DNA of 64,000 nucleotides from Bacteroidales bacterium (GCA_018401355.1 JAGYLD010000003.1:10444-74443), one strand, 5' to 3'. Positions 18,859-29,248 are shown, counted from the stretch's first letter. Numbers and translations are program-made. Notes: generated by a model from the letters alone, not told the origin.

Positions 18859-19391
18859 GGGTTTTTGGTTTTGTTGATCTTCATCTGTAAAACATTTCGG
18901 GCTCTTGAGAGCTGTGACTTGGAGGTGTTTTCTGAAATATCAAGGTAATCTGCAATTTCCTTGTGTGTATAACCTTCGATCACGGATAAGTTGAAAACCA
19001 TTCTGTATCCATCAGGCAGAGCTTGTACCAGTTTAAGTAACTCATCATTCGACATCCGGTCAATGGCGGTTTCCTCATCTGCATTGGGAATGTCGGTATG
19101 ATCGATGTCCATCTCATTCATTTTCTTAAGGTTTTTCTTATAGAAATTGATGGCGGTATTGATCATTGTTCTCCTTATCCAACCTTCTAAAGAACCTTCA
19201 TTTTTAAAATCCTTCAGGTAAGTAAATATTTTAATAAAGCCATCCTGAAGAACATCCTCTGCTTCCATTTTATTTCTGGTAAAACGCAAGCAAATCCCAA
19301 ACATCTTTGGTGCAAAAAACCTGTAAAGCTCCGCTTGGGCGTTGGAGTCATTTTCCAGGCAACGTTTTATGAGTTTCTCTTCGTTTAGCAT
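18855..19391 (-). CDS. ECF-type RNA polymerase sigma-70 family factor (cassette A)
   Basis: 178-aa ORF. Region 2 reads EAEDVLQDGFIKIF...GWIRRTMINTAINFY. Region 4 reads LPDGYRMVFNLSVIEGYTHKEIADYLDISENTSKSQLSRARNVL. Confidence 0.88.
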   Translation of the reverse strand: MLNEEKLIKRCLENDSNAQAELYRFFAPKMFGICLRFTRNKMEAEDVLQDGFIKIFTYLKDFKNEGSLEGWIRRTMINTAINFYKKNLKKMNEMDIDHTDIPNADEETAIDRMSNDELLKLVQALPDGYRMVFNLSVIEGYTHKEIADYLDISENTSKSQLSRARNVLQMKINKTKNP

Positions 19392-19693
19392 TAAGTTATG
19401 GCTTCCAAGTTTTTGGCAAACAATAATTCCCGGGGAATTTGCTTTTTGCCTCCCTTTACCTACTGAAAAACTTAATTAGTAAAGGTACAAAAAAAACCAT
19501 AACTACGTCAACACAGGATACATTTAACCCTCAAAAGAGAGGATGTATTCCCTAACGTTTTGTGCATCAAAAAACTAAGACATGCACCTTTTGAACACAC
19601 AATTAAGACAACGGATTCATTGAAATGGTTGCACTTCAATCACGGGATAAGAAAATTAAATCATTCCTCACAGGAAATAATGATGAAAGATTC

Positions 19694-22600
19694 TCAATAT
19701 TTGTTTTTGCCAGCCAGTTTATTAATCTTCAATTTACCAATGTAAAGGATGTGGTACATTGAAGGCACGATGATCAGTGTCAGAAATGTTGCGAATGAAA
19801 GTCCAAAGATAATGGTCCAGGAAATAGGACCCCAATATGCAACATTATCACCACCAAAATAGATGTTGGGGTTAAAGTCTTTTAGCAGTCCGATGATGTC
19901 GATATTGAGTCCTATGGCTAAAGGCAACAATCCAAGAATGGTTGTGATGGCAGTGAGCAATACGGGCCTCAACCTGGTTGTTCCTCCTTCCAAAATGCAA
20001 TCTGTTGAATCTGTAATTGATAGCAATGAGTCTGATTTCATACCCAGTTGCTTTCTTTTTCTCTTTTTCAGGAGGTCAATGAAATCAATCAGCACAATAG
20101 CATTATTAACGACCACTCCGGCAAGGGAAACAATTCCTATTCCTGTCATGATCACAATAAAATCCATTCGGAACGTACTCAATCCACCGAATACACCTAT
20201 AGTACTGAACAATACACTAACAAGTATGATTAATGGTTTTACAACGGAATTGAATTGTGTAACCAGGATAATCAGGATCAGGGATAATGCAATGAGCAGG
20301 GCTCTTTCCAGGAATGCCATAGATTCGGCCATTTCTTCCTGTTCCCCGGTAAACTTGTAAAGATATCCGGCAGGCATTTCAAAATCTGTCAGGATGGCTT
20401 TTATCTGATTATTTATTTCGGTGGCGTTATAACCTTCAATTACATTTGAATAAATGGTGATGACCCTTTCCCGGTCTTTTCGTTTAACTTCACCATAGGT
20501 TGTACTGTAAGTAATATCGGCCACGGCAGAAATTGGTACCTGGACGATTTTACCATTCGACTGATTTCTGAAGGTTACCCTTTGATTAAGCAGGGCTGAA
20601 ATATCGTGGCGGAAATTTTCACCAAGCCTTAGTTGAATTGGGTATTCATCCTCACCTACTTTATAATCAGATATTTCCTGTCCAAACAACGCTGTTCTTA
20701 TGGTAGAGGCTATTTGTCCTGTAGACAGGCCAAAACGCCTTGCTTTGTCCCTGTTTATACTGAGTATGATTTCAGGTTTTCCAATATCAAGATCAATTTT
20801 TAAACCCTCAATTCCTTCAATTTTTGCTGATTCAATAAGGTTTTGAATAGTATCAGTAAGGTAAAGTAGTTTATCAAAGTCTCTTCCACTTACTTCAAGG
20901 TTGATTGGTTTTCCTGCAGGTGGTCCTTCAGAGGGCTTTGCAACTGATATTTGAATACCGGGATAATTTCCTAACAAAGCTTCTGAAAGATCAACCAATG
21001 CGTCTTCTGAATCCAGGTCTCCTCGTTTTTCAAAGTCGACAAAGTTAATGGTGATAAGTCCTCTGTTCAACTGCTCAGATAAGTCAAAATACTCATCTTC
21101 AGCCCTTGCTCCACTGCCCACTGTAACCAAAACATCCTTTACTATTGGCTTATAAGGTTTCAGGATATCAAAGACTTTATTTTCTATTTCCAGCATGAAT
21201 TCGTTGGATGCGTCGATATCCGTACCAATAGGTCCTTCGGCAAGAATATTAATATAGTTTGGAGGACTTTCCGGGAAAAAGAGCATTTTGGGATTTGTCC
21301 CGAAATAGAATACCACAGTTATTAATAGAAGCAGAAATGTTCCACCTACAAAATAAAACGGATTGTATTTTCTGAGAACAAATTGCAGAATACGAATGTA
21401 AAACCTTTCCAGCCATATAAGGAATTTATTCCTAAACCACTTTGATGCCGGGTAAAACAGGAAAATATTGAAGATTCCAATTATTCCAAAAATTAGCAAC
21501 AGGGATCCAGGGACATTGGCCTTTAAAACAATGAATAATACGGCTACAACTATCATGATTCCGGCAATAACCAGAGATCTTCTTTTGTTCAGTGGTTTTT
21601 CAAGTTCACTTCTCTTAATAAACGAGGAGGAAACCACAGGAATGATGATCAGGGCAACAAACAGTGAGGATGTCAGCACAATGATCAGCGTCATCGGCAG
21701 GTATTTCATAAATTCTCCGACCATGGAGTCCCAGAAGAGCAATGGGAAGAAGGCAGCCAGGGTAGTGGCTGTTGATGTTATGATTGGTAAAGCAATTTCA
21801 CCGACAGCATATTTGGCTGCATCATGTTTGGAGTATCCTTTGTCGATGAAACGGTAAATGTTTTCAACTACAACGATGGCGTTATCAACGAGCATACCAA
21901 GGGCCAGGATCAATGAAAAAAGAACGATCATATTGATCCTTGTGTCCATGAGGCCAAGCACCATAAAAGAAAGAAACATAGATGTTGGAATGGCAAAGCC
22001 GACGAACAATGCATTTCTTGTTCCCAGGAAGAAATATAGCACCAGGATGACAAAGATCACCCCCATGATCATGCTGTTTTCAAGGTTGGAGAGTTGTTTT
22101 CTTACGATATCAGATTGATCCTGAGTGATAGAAATGTTCAGGTTCTCGGGTATGGCATTTACTCTTTTTGCTGTTTCAATTACTTCAAAGACCTGATCGG
22201 TTGCAGCGAGAAGGTTCTCTCCTCCCTTTTTGATCACCTGCAAGGTGACAACGGGATGCCGGTCTAGTCTGGTGTAACTTTTGGGCTCTTCAAAACCATA
22301 TATAACCTCGGCAACATCCTTTAAATAAACGATCTTATTATCTTCGCTTTTAATGATGATGTTTTCTATTTCCCGTGGATTGGTAAACTCACCCATGATC
22401 CTTATGGACCTCCTGTTATCTCCAAGTTTAATTTCCCCACCAGACATAGATACATTTTCGCTGGCAACGGCATTTTCTATATCACCAAAACCAAGTTCAA
22501 CAGCTGTAAGCTTATACGGATCAACATTGATCTGCATTTCCCTTTCATTGATCCCAATAATTTCAACTTTACTTATTTCAAATATCCTTTCAATCTCATC

Positions 22601-23119
22601 TTCAAGATATTCGGCATATCTTTTCAGCTCATTCAAGCTGAAATCACCAGACAGGTTTACATTGATGATGGGAAATTCTGAAAAGTCAATGTCTGTAACA
22701 ATGGGGTCATCCAACAGGTTATCCGGCAACTCACTTTTTGCCTTGTCGACAGCATCTTTTACATCCTGCAGGGCTTTATTGAGGTCAACATCGGTATTGA
22801 ATTCAACGAAAATGGCACTTATATCCTGAGAGGATGTAGATTGGATCTCATTGATTCCTTTAATGGATTCTATTTCCTTTTCCAGTGGCCGGGTGATCAG
22901 GTTCTCTATGTCAACAGGCGGGTTGCCCGGATATATCGTTTGAACCATCACCGTGGGCATGACAATATCAGGAAAAAGTTCTTTTGGCAATGAACGGTAA
23001 GAATACATCCCAAAAATCAATAATACCAGTACAAGAAGATAGACCGTATTTTTATTTTTCAGAGCAAGACTGGTAGGCTTGAATTCTCTGATTACTTTTT
23101 TGGTTTCGCTTTTTTCCAT
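19694..23119 (-). CDS. RND efflux transporter permease subunit (AcrB/CzcA superfamily)
   Basis: 1141-aa ORF with the 12-TM, two-large-loop architecture. Typical strings include NAIVVVENIYRF and GVVVNNAIVLIDFI. Its start overlaps the upstream adaptor stop by 1 nt (TAATG). Confidence 0.9.
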   Translation of the reverse strand: MEKSETKKVIREFKPTSLALKNKNTVYLLVLVLLIFGMYSYRSLPKELFPDIVMPTVMVQTIYPGNPPVDIENLITRPLEKEIESIKGINEIQSTSSQDISAIFVEFNTDVDLNKALQDVKDAVDKAKSELPDNLLDDPIVTDIDFSEFPIINVNLSGDFSLNELKRYAEYLEDEIERIFEISKVEIIGINEREMQINVDPYKLTAVELGFGDIENAVASENVSMSGGEIKLGDNRRSIRIMGEFTNPREIENIIIKSEDNKIVYLKDVAEVIYGFEEPKSYTRLDRHPVVTLQVIKKGGENLLAATDQVFEVIETAKRVNAIPENLNISITQDQSDIVRKQLSNLENSMIMGVIFVILVLYFFLGTRNALFVGFAIPTSMFLSFMVLGLMDTRINMIVLFSLILALGMLVDNAIVVVENIYRFIDKGYSKHDAAKYAVGEIALPIITSTATTLAAFFPLLFWDSMVGEFMKYLPMTLIIVLTSSLFVALIIIPVVSSSFIKRSELEKPLNKRRSLVIAGIMIVVAVLFIVLKANVPGSLLLIFGIIGIFNIFLFYPASKWFRNKFLIWLERFYIRILQFVLRKYNPFYFVGGTFLLLLITVVFYFGTNPKMLFFPESPPNYINILAEGPIGTDIDASNEFMLEIENKVFDILKPYKPIVKDVLVTVGSGARAEDEYFDLSEQLNRGLITINFVDFEKRGDLDSEDALVDLSEALLGNYPGIQISVAKPSEGPPAGKPINLEVSGRDFDKLLYLTDTIQNLIESAKIEGIEGLKIDLDIGKPEIILSINRDKARRFGLSTGQIASTIRTALFGQEISDYKVGEDEYPIQLRLGENFRHDISALLNQRVTFRNQSNGKIVQVPISAVADITYSTTYGEVKRKDRERVITIYSNVIEGYNATEINNQIKAILTDFEMPAGYLYKFTGEQEEMAESMAFLERALLIALSLILIILVTQFNSVVKPLIILVSVLFSTIGVFGGLSTFRMDFIVIMTGIGIVSLAGVVVNNAIVLIDFIDLLKKRKRKQLGMKSDSLLSITDSTDCILEGGTTRLRPVLLTAITTILGLLPLAIGLNIDIIGLLKDFNPNIYFGGDNVAYWGPISWTIIFGLSFATFLTLIIVPSMYHILYIGKLKINKLAGKNKY

Positions 23120-24243
23120 TATTTAACCTTTATTTCAGATCCGTCAGAAATAAGATTATACCCTTCCGTTATCACCATATCTCCGGAACTTAGCCCTTCC
23201 TTTACTTCCGTAAGGTCTTTATATGAGATTCCGGTTTCTATGTAAACTTTCTTTGCAACATAGCTGTTAGGGGAATCAGCCACCTTATATATATACTTTC
23301 CCTTCATGTCTTCTTTGACAATTATGGAAGGAATTACCAAAGCGTTATCTGTTGAGTAATCATTGATGGTGATGATGGACAAAATATTTGGTTTAAGTTT
23401 TTCTTCCTGGTTTTTAATTTTTAACTGCATGTTGAAAGTGCGGTTCATTGGGTTGATAACATTTCCAACACGATGAACTTTTTCCTGGAGGGTGATATTT
23501 GGATAAGAGGGGAAAGTAACAAAAACTTCTTCGCCTTCCTTAACATCTGAAAGGTATCTCTCTGCAATATCTGCATTGATATACAATTCATCAAGGTTTA
23601 CGACCTGCATGATTTGAACTCCCGGAACAGCCAGTTCACCCTCTTTCAAAAAAATCTCATCAACTATCCCAACTATTGGTGAGGTTATGTAAGCCATCTC
23701 CAACTGTGCTTCGAGTGTTTTGAGTCTTGTTTCAAGGGATTCTTTCCTGTTTTTGGCTTCCAGGAATTGCACTTCAGAACCAATATTTTTATCCCAGAGT
23801 TGTTTTTGTTTCTCATACAATGTTTTTGCAAGTTCCAAAGAGGTCTTGACTTCCTCTATGTTGTTTTCTGTGACACTTGTACTCAATTTTACAAGTTTTT
23901 GACCTTTTGATACCCTTTGACCTTCAGTCACGTATAATAGCTTTATTTGTCCACTGATTTCAGGACTAATAAAGGCTTCATTAATGGATTCAACTGTTCC
24001 TGAAGCTTCAAAGAAATGCCGGAATGGTTGAGGTTTCACCGTATCAACCCTTACCAGGATGCTATTGTCTTTTTGTTCTCCTGATAATTCAATAAACTGC
24101 TTTTCAAGTATTACATTTTCATGGTTAAGTTCGGCGATTTTATCCTTATTGCTTTTGATCTTCTCTTTGATCTTGTCAGCTTCATTTCCTGATTGACAAG
24201 AGGCCAGAAAGGCAATGACAATTAAAAAGATTAATTTTTTCAT
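23119..24243 (-). CDS. RND efflux periplasmic adaptor (membrane fusion protein, HlyD family)
   Basis: 374-aa ORF with a lipoprotein-type signal (LASCQ). It has a coiled-coil hairpin region (LELAKTLYEKQKQLWDK...LEAQLEMAY) plus beta-barrel segments. It sits between TolC-like and RND genes. Confidence 0.85.
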   Translation of the reverse strand: MKKLIFLIVIAFLASCQSGNEADKIKEKIKSNKDKIAELNHENVILEKQFIELSGEQKDNSILVRVDTVKPQPFRHFFEASGTVESINEAFISPEISGQIKLLYVTEGQRVSKGQKLVKLSTSVTENNIEEVKTSLELAKTLYEKQKQLWDKNIGSEVQFLEAKNRKESLETRLKTLEAQLEMAYITSPIVGIVDEIFLKEGELAVPGVQIMQVVNLDELYINADIAERYLSDVKEGEEVFVTFPSYPNITLQEKVHRVGNVINPMNRTFNMQLKIKNQEEKLKPNILSIITINDYSTDNALVIPSIIVKEDMKGKYIYKVADSPNSYVAKKVYIETGISYKDLTEVKEGLSSGDMVITEGYNLISDGSEIKVK

Positions 24244-24246
24244 CGA

Positions 24247-25593
24247 TTAATTCCTATTTAATAGTTTTTCAAGTTCCAGTTTTCTTTCCAGCAGATCCAG
24301 GATGGAAATCATCAGGTCTGATTCAGATACAAGGAATTGATTATGAGCCTGTAAAAGATCAAGGCTTGATGCAAGGCCTTCTTTAAATTTTATGGTTGTT
24401 TTCCTGAATATTTTTTCTGCCGTTTCAAGGCTGCCGGCTTTGTTCTGAAATACAAGGTAAGCGTTAGTAAAATCTGTTTTGGCCTGGTTTGCCTGAATGG
24501 TCAATCCTGTTTTTAATTGATCATCAAGTGTTTGGACCTTCTCCAGATTAAGTTTTTCCTGCTGTACTCTGGAAGATCTGTAACCTGAACTCCAGATGGG
24601 AATATTCATTTCAATACCCAGGATACTGGTTGGGAACCATACGCCCTGGCTGTCGAAAAAGTCCCATTTGTTTCTCTGAGCCTGTGACTGATAGGTCATA
24701 AAAGCATTCAGTGTTGGATAATATTCAGATTTAGCGGCTTTTAGTTTCATTAACGCAAGTTCTTCCTGAGTTTTAAGAATTTTATAGTTAATGTTATTGT
24801 TGTAGTCAAATTTCTCATTGACGAGGGCAGTATGATTTACATTCTTTAGAATTTCATCAATGCTGTTGGTTAATACAATGGAATCATTGAGTTTGAGTCC
24901 AAGGATAAACTTCAGGTAGCTGTATGCAAGCTCAGTTTGGTTTTCCGATGTGATCACGGAGGCTTCGAGGTCTGCCACAATGAGCTCAAGTTGATCGACA
25001 TCAGTATCTTCAAGAAATCCTGCTTTATGAGTTTCCCTGGTTTCATAAAGCATATGTTTCATTTTCTTCAGGGTTGTATCCAATATTTTATTGTTTTCCT
25101 CTGAAACCAGCACCGTTGTGTAAGCAAGGCTGACTTCTTTTTCGATGTCCAGCTCTTTACTCCGGTATTCTTTTTGTGATTTGTCAACCAGCTTTTTTGA
25201 AGCCTGAACTCCCAGGATATATCTTCCATCAAAAAGCAGCTGGTTCAGTATGATCTCTCCATAACCGGTATATTTAGTTCCAAACTGGACCTTCTGTTCA
25301 GGAGATCCTGGTCCGAATGATCCTTCAGGGATAATAAATGTTGGTCTTGCCAGATAATCGTTATAGGCAATATTGGCATTAAGCTGTGGAAACCCAGCTG
25401 ATAAATATTCTTTTACAGTTTTTCTTGCAATCTCAATGTCTTTTATGGAGTTGATAAGGTCATAATTATGTTCGAAAGCAAATTGCCTGGCTTCTTTTTC
25501 ACTTAACCGGTATATTTCCTGGGAAAACAAGCATGGTTTGCTAAAAAATGACAGGAGTACAGTTAAAGCAATAAGGAAATAGCTTTTCTTCAT
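24247..25593 (-). CDS. TolC-family outer membrane efflux protein
   Basis: 448-aa ORF with a signal peptide and two internally repeated helical/beta halves typical of the OEP family. It is first of the three efflux structural genes. Confidence 0.8.
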   Translation of the reverse strand: MKKSYFLIALTVLLSFFSKPCLFSQEIYRLSEKEARQFAFEHNYDLINSIKDIEIARKTVKEYLSAGFPQLNANIAYNDYLARPTFIIPEGSFGPGSPEQKVQFGTKYTGYGEIILNQLLFDGRYILGVQASKKLVDKSQKEYRSKELDIEKEVSLAYTTVLVSEENNKILDTTLKKMKHMLYETRETHKAGFLEDTDVDQLELIVADLEASVITSENQTELAYSYLKFILGLKLNDSIVLTNSIDEILKNVNHTALVNEKFDYNNNINYKILKTQEELALMKLKAAKSEYYPTLNAFMTYQSQAQRNKWDFFDSQGVWFPTSILGIEMNIPIWSSGYRSSRVQQEKLNLEKVQTLDDQLKTGLTIQANQAKTDFTNAYLVFQNKAGSLETAEKIFRKTTIKFKEGLASSLDLLQAHNQFLVSESDLMISILDLLERKLELEKLLNRN

Positions 25594-25629
25594 GATGGGA
25601 GGAATGGTTTTGAGATTGATATTTGGTGT

Positions 25630-26244
25630 TTATAACTCAAGTTCTTTGCGCTTTTTCTCAAAATATTTAAGGCCTTCAGGCTTTGCAATACTTCGAACAA
25701 AAGATTCAAACATAACATTAAAGAGCATTTTAAAAGAAAATTGTTCCGGAGGGAAAAAATTTGGATCATGCAGGTCAAGAAGTCTTGCGATATATAATCT
25801 TGAAATCAGTTCTATGCTGAGGTCATCCCTGTACATTCCCTGACTTATACCTTTTTGCAGATTAATTTTTATTTTTTCAAAAATAAAATTTTGTCGTTTT
25901 GTCAAATGATCCTGGTACAATTCTGGATAGAATTTTTTAAGGTCAAAAGTCAATGCGGGGCTGATATTGCTGAACTTAACGGCCATTTCTTTACTTACCG
26001 TCAGCAGGATATCAATGGCATTAACACCCTCAAAATTATGAACATCAAAGATTACTTTGAATGAATGTCTTTCAAATTCCAGGACTTTTTCCACGAGGTC
26101 AGCTTCATTTTTGATATGTTTTGTAATATCATCAACCGGAACATTGATTGATTCGGAAAGTTCCTTAATAGTTAAACCTCCAATACCTTCTATAAAAGGA
26201 TAAGCCCTGATTTTTTCTAGAATTCGGAGAAATTCAGCATCCAT
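25630..26244 (-). CDS. TetR/AcrR-family transcriptional regulator
   Basis: 204-aa ORF. The N-terminal helix-turn-helix-like segment is GGLTIKELSESINVPVDDITKHIKNEADLVEKVLE, the TetR_N pattern. It lies 36 nt upstream of the efflux genes on the same strand. Confidence 0.6.
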   Translation of the reverse strand: MDAEFLRILEKIRAYPFIEGIGGLTIKELSESINVPVDDITKHIKNEADLVEKVLEFERHSFKVIFDVHNFEGVNAIDILLTVSKEMAVKFSNISPALTFDLKKFYPELYQDHLTKRQNFIFEKIKINLQKGISQGMYRDDLSIELISRLYIARLLDLHDPNFFPPEQFSFKMLFNVMFESFVRSIAKPEGLKYFEKKRKELEL

Positions 26245-26348
26245 TTGGTTATGGGAAAAATATTGGCAACAAAAGTAGGAAAAAAACCTTTGTTACAAAA
26301 ATTATTTATTATCGGACGAACCATAGATAAATGCTTTATGGTCAATGC

Positions 26349-27914
26349 TTATTCAACCAAGATCATTTTTCTTTGCAGCCGGGTTGTTAAAGATGATAAT
26401 TCAAAATAATATATTCCTGGTGAAAGATCATACTGATCAGGTTTAAAAGACTCGACATATTTTCCGGAATGATGGAATTTGCGGTTGAATATATTTGCCA
26501 TCAATTGTCCGTATATATTATAAACATTCAGTGATATTTCTGATGGTTCAATAACTTTAAAAGAAATATAGGTGCTTTCGCGGAATGGATTCGGGTAATT
26601 TTGCTCCAGGTTAAAAACATCCTGAACATATTCCTCCTCAGCGCCAACAAAAGGATCGACAATGGCTGTCCAGATGCTTAGTTCCCCTTCCTGCAGTCTT
26701 GCCCATATCGGCCTGACCACATTATCATACGCTGAAATGTTTGTGTAATCACCAAAAAAGATACTTGCATAAGGCAGGAAAGGAGATTCGCTGACCCTGA
26801 AGTTATCAAATGTTTCGCCCCCATTGGTGGAAAGGGCCATATAGACATCGGTATTTTCATCATTATAATTTCTCCGGTCGTAAAATACGAACCAGAGGTA
26901 ACCTGTAACCTGGTCCACATCCATCCAGGTGAAAAACTGGTGTTTTCCTGGTGGGTCATCATTGACACGAATGGGTTCAGTCCAGGTATCTCCTCCATCT
27001 ATTGATTTGGCAAGCCAGACATCCGTATCATCAGGTCCGTTGCGCTGATCAGACCAATTGATGTAAATTGTTCCGTGATGTTCTCCTCCGCTGAGATCAC
27101 ATTTGGTGACAGGAAATCCATTGCACCGGGAAATCCCTGGAACATCCAGGTCCCAACCACCAGGGAAGTTGTCAACAAAAATATCTTCATCCAGCCAGGT
27201 TTCACCCTGATCCAGGGAGCGGTCAAAAACCAGGCCGGCTGGACCTGCCCACGAGACATATATTTCGCCATTGGGTCCGACGGCAGGTACTGCACCCTCA
27301 ACCGTGTTGTCACTGTCAATGCAGTCACCGGAAATTTCATTGATCCTTTTTGCATCAGACCATGTTTGTGCACCATCCAGAGATTTGGAGAAATGAATAT
27401 TACTTTTATCATTGGGATCTGTGCTGGCATAATCATCAAATTGGGTCCAGGTGACATAAATATTATTATTGGTTCTGTCAACGATGGCCCATTCCTTATC
27501 CTGTGCCTTGGTGCCATTCAGGCCCATATACGTTCCATTGTTCCAGGTTCCGCTGATGGATTCTATTTTCTGGCAAACGATCCTGTCTATCCAACTGCCA
27601 TTGGTGGGATTGGATAAGTGAAAGAAATAGTAGCTTCCGGCTGTATCAACGATCAGGCATGGATCACCCCAAACTCCATAAGTAGAGGTAAGGACTTCTT
27701 TGGACCAGGTATAGCCGCCGTCGGTGGACCGGTATCCATAGTAGATATTTGCACCGGCAAGCATATGGTCGGTGTTATCAGGATTTATTATTATGGAAGG
27801 TTCTTCAGGAGCATAGCCTGAGGATCCCTCAACATCGATCATGATATTGGTATGTTGCGCAAAAACCAGAAGGGAGGCAGCGACAAAAAAGGCAAGAATA
27901 AAAAAACGTTTCAT
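26349..27914 (-). CDS. BNR/Asp-box repeat (sialidase-fold beta-propeller) protein with T9SS C-terminal sorting domain
   Basis: 521-aa ORF with signal peptide MKRFFILAFFVAASLLVFAQ. Five Asp-box motifs are present: STDGGYTWS, SLDGAQTWS, SLDQGETW, SIDGGDTWT and STNGGETF. The C-terminus NYPNPFRESTYISF...GIYYFELSS...KMILVE is a T9SS CTD pattern. Confidence 0.8.
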   Translation of the reverse strand: MKRFFILAFFVAASLLVFAQHTNIMIDVEGSSGYAPEEPSIIINPDNTDHMLAGANIYYGYRSTDGGYTWSKEVLTSTYGVWGDPCLIVDTAGSYYFFHLSNPTNGSWIDRIVCQKIESISGTWNNGTYMGLNGTKAQDKEWAIVDRTNNNIYVTWTQFDDYASTDPNDKSNIHFSKSLDGAQTWSDAKRINEISGDCIDSDNTVEGAVPAVGPNGEIYVSWAGPAGLVFDRSLDQGETWLDEDIFVDNFPGGWDLDVPGISRCNGFPVTKCDLSGGEHHGTIYINWSDQRNGPDDTDVWLAKSIDGGDTWTEPIRVNDDPPGKHQFFTWMDVDQVTGYLWFVFYDRRNYNDENTDVYMALSTNGGETFDNFRVSESPFLPYASIFFGDYTNISAYDNVVRPIWARLQEGELSIWTAIVDPFVGAEEEYVQDVFNLEQNYPNPFRESTYISFKVIEPSEISLNVYNIYGQLMANIFNRKFHHSGKYVESFKPDQYDLSPGIYYFELSSLTTRLQRKMILVE

Positions 27915-28036
27915 AATAATGAATTTAACTATTTGTAGAGAGATGTTTACAAAATTAATAAAATCTGAATCCTACATCAATGATTCCTTCCCGGGGAATT
28001 TCTCATTTTTTATTACTTTTAGCCAAAAACAGGATC

Positions 28037-29248
28037 ATGCGAAAAATTCCTTTACACTGGCAAATCATCATTGCACTCATAATAGGGATTATGTTTGGGC
28101 TATTTTTCCCGGGAGAGGTTATTTATATCGAATGGATGGGTGATGTTTTCCTGCGTGCCCTGAAAATGATCATTATCCCTCTGATCCTGAGTTCAATTAT
28201 TTCAGGGGTTACAAATATTGGGAGTGCTGAAAACCTTGGCCGTTTGGGCTTAAAAACAATCTTATATTATGTGCTGACCAGTACTATTGCCATTGTAACA
28301 GGACTTGTTTTTGTAAACCTGATTAAACCCGGAATAGGTGCTGACCTTGGTTTCAGTAAAGAAGTAGAGGGTTTGGATGTGATCCAGGAATCATTTGGCC
28401 AGGTTTTGATAAACATCATTCCTTCCAATATTTTTCAGGCATTTGCCGAAAACAGGATGCTCTCTGTTATCTTCTTTGCCATTTTCTTTGGTTTTTTTAT
28501 CACCAGGTCAGGGGAGAAAGCCAGGACATTCCTGACAGACCTTTTTAATAGTTTGTTTGAGGTCATGATGAAGATCACGATGTTCATCATAAAACTTGCT
28601 CCTTTTGGTGTATTTGGCATCGTTGCCAAGCAGATTGCAGAATCAGACGATATTGTTTCCCTGGCGCAAACCATGGGGATTTATATGTTAACAGTTTTGT
28701 TGAGTTTGTTCTTTCATTCCTTGATAACCCTGCCCATTTTAACCAGAGTGATAGGAAAAGTTAGTCCGCTCAAGCATTTCAGAGCAGTTACAACACCATT
28801 GCTCACTGCCTTTTCCACTTCTTCATCCAGTGCGACCTTACCATTGACCATGCAGGCAGTTGAAGATAATGATGGTGTTTCAAACAAGATATCCTCTTTT
28901 ACGCTCCCATTGGGTGCCACCATTAACATGGATGGTACTGCCCTTTATGAATGTGTTGCAGCCATGTTTATAGCACAGGCCTATGGTGTTGATCTTTCTT
29001 TTGCAGAGCAGATGATCGTTGTTTTTACAGCATTGCTGGCTTCTATCGGTGCTGCAGGGATACCGATGGCCGGGCTGGTGATGATCACTGTTGTGCTTAC
29101 GGCAGTTGGATTGCCCCTGGAGGGTGTCGGGTTGATACTTTCTGTTGACCGCATCCTCGACATGTTCAGAACGGCAACCAATGTATGGAGCGATAGTTGT
29201 GGTGCTGTGATCATTGCTAAATCAGAAGGCGAACCACTGAAAGTGTGA
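28037..29248 (+). CDS. Dicarboxylate/amino acid:cation symporter (DAACS family)
   Basis: I prefer the start MRKIPLHWQIIIALIIGIMFG (ATG 28037). Family strings include FLRALKMIIIPLILSSII, SSSATLPLTM, TINMDGTALYE and AAGIPMAGLV. Confidence 0.85.
   Translation: MRKIPLHWQIIIALIIGIMFGLFFPGEVIYIEWMGDVFLRALKMIIIPLILSSIISGVTNIGSAENLGRLGLKTILYYVLTSTIAIVTGLVFVNLIKPGIGADLGFSKEVEGLDVIQESFGQVLINIIPSNIFQAFAENRMLSVIFFAIFFGFFITRSGEKARTFLTDLFNSLFEVMMKITMFIIKLAPFGVFGIVAKQIAESDDIVSLAQTMGIYMLTVLLSLFFHSLITLPILTRVIGKVSPLKHFRAVTTPLLTAFSTSSSSATLPLTMQAVEDNDGVSNKISSFTLPLGATINMDGTALYECVAAMFIAQAYGVDLSFAEQMIVVFTALLASIGAAGIPMAGLVMITVVLTAVGLPLEGVGLILSVDRILDMFRTATNVWSDSCGAVIIAKSEGEPLKV

Noticed and set aside
19421-19435. 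Palindrome AATTCCC-G-GGGAATT, sharing a 13-mer (TTCCCGGGGAATT) with a site near 27990, a possible intergenic repeat element
   Set aside because: There are only two copies, and a shared 13-mer is expected by chance many times in 64 kb. The flanks are unrelated.
19530-19590. Imperfect hairpins (GGATACAT...ATGTATTCC; GTGCAT-14nt-ATGCAC) downstream of the RND operon, considered as a terminator or small RNA
   Set aside because: The stems are short or bulged, and the first has no adjacent U-tract. They lie 100-160 nt from the stop codon. This is too weak to annotate.
26320-26341. Inverted repeat ACCATA-11nt-TATGGT between the BNR gene stop and the TetR gene, a possible TetR operator
   Set aside because: The arms are only 6 bp and the region is AT-rich. 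It could equally be a weak terminator for the BNR gene or chance. There is no second copy near the efflux genes.
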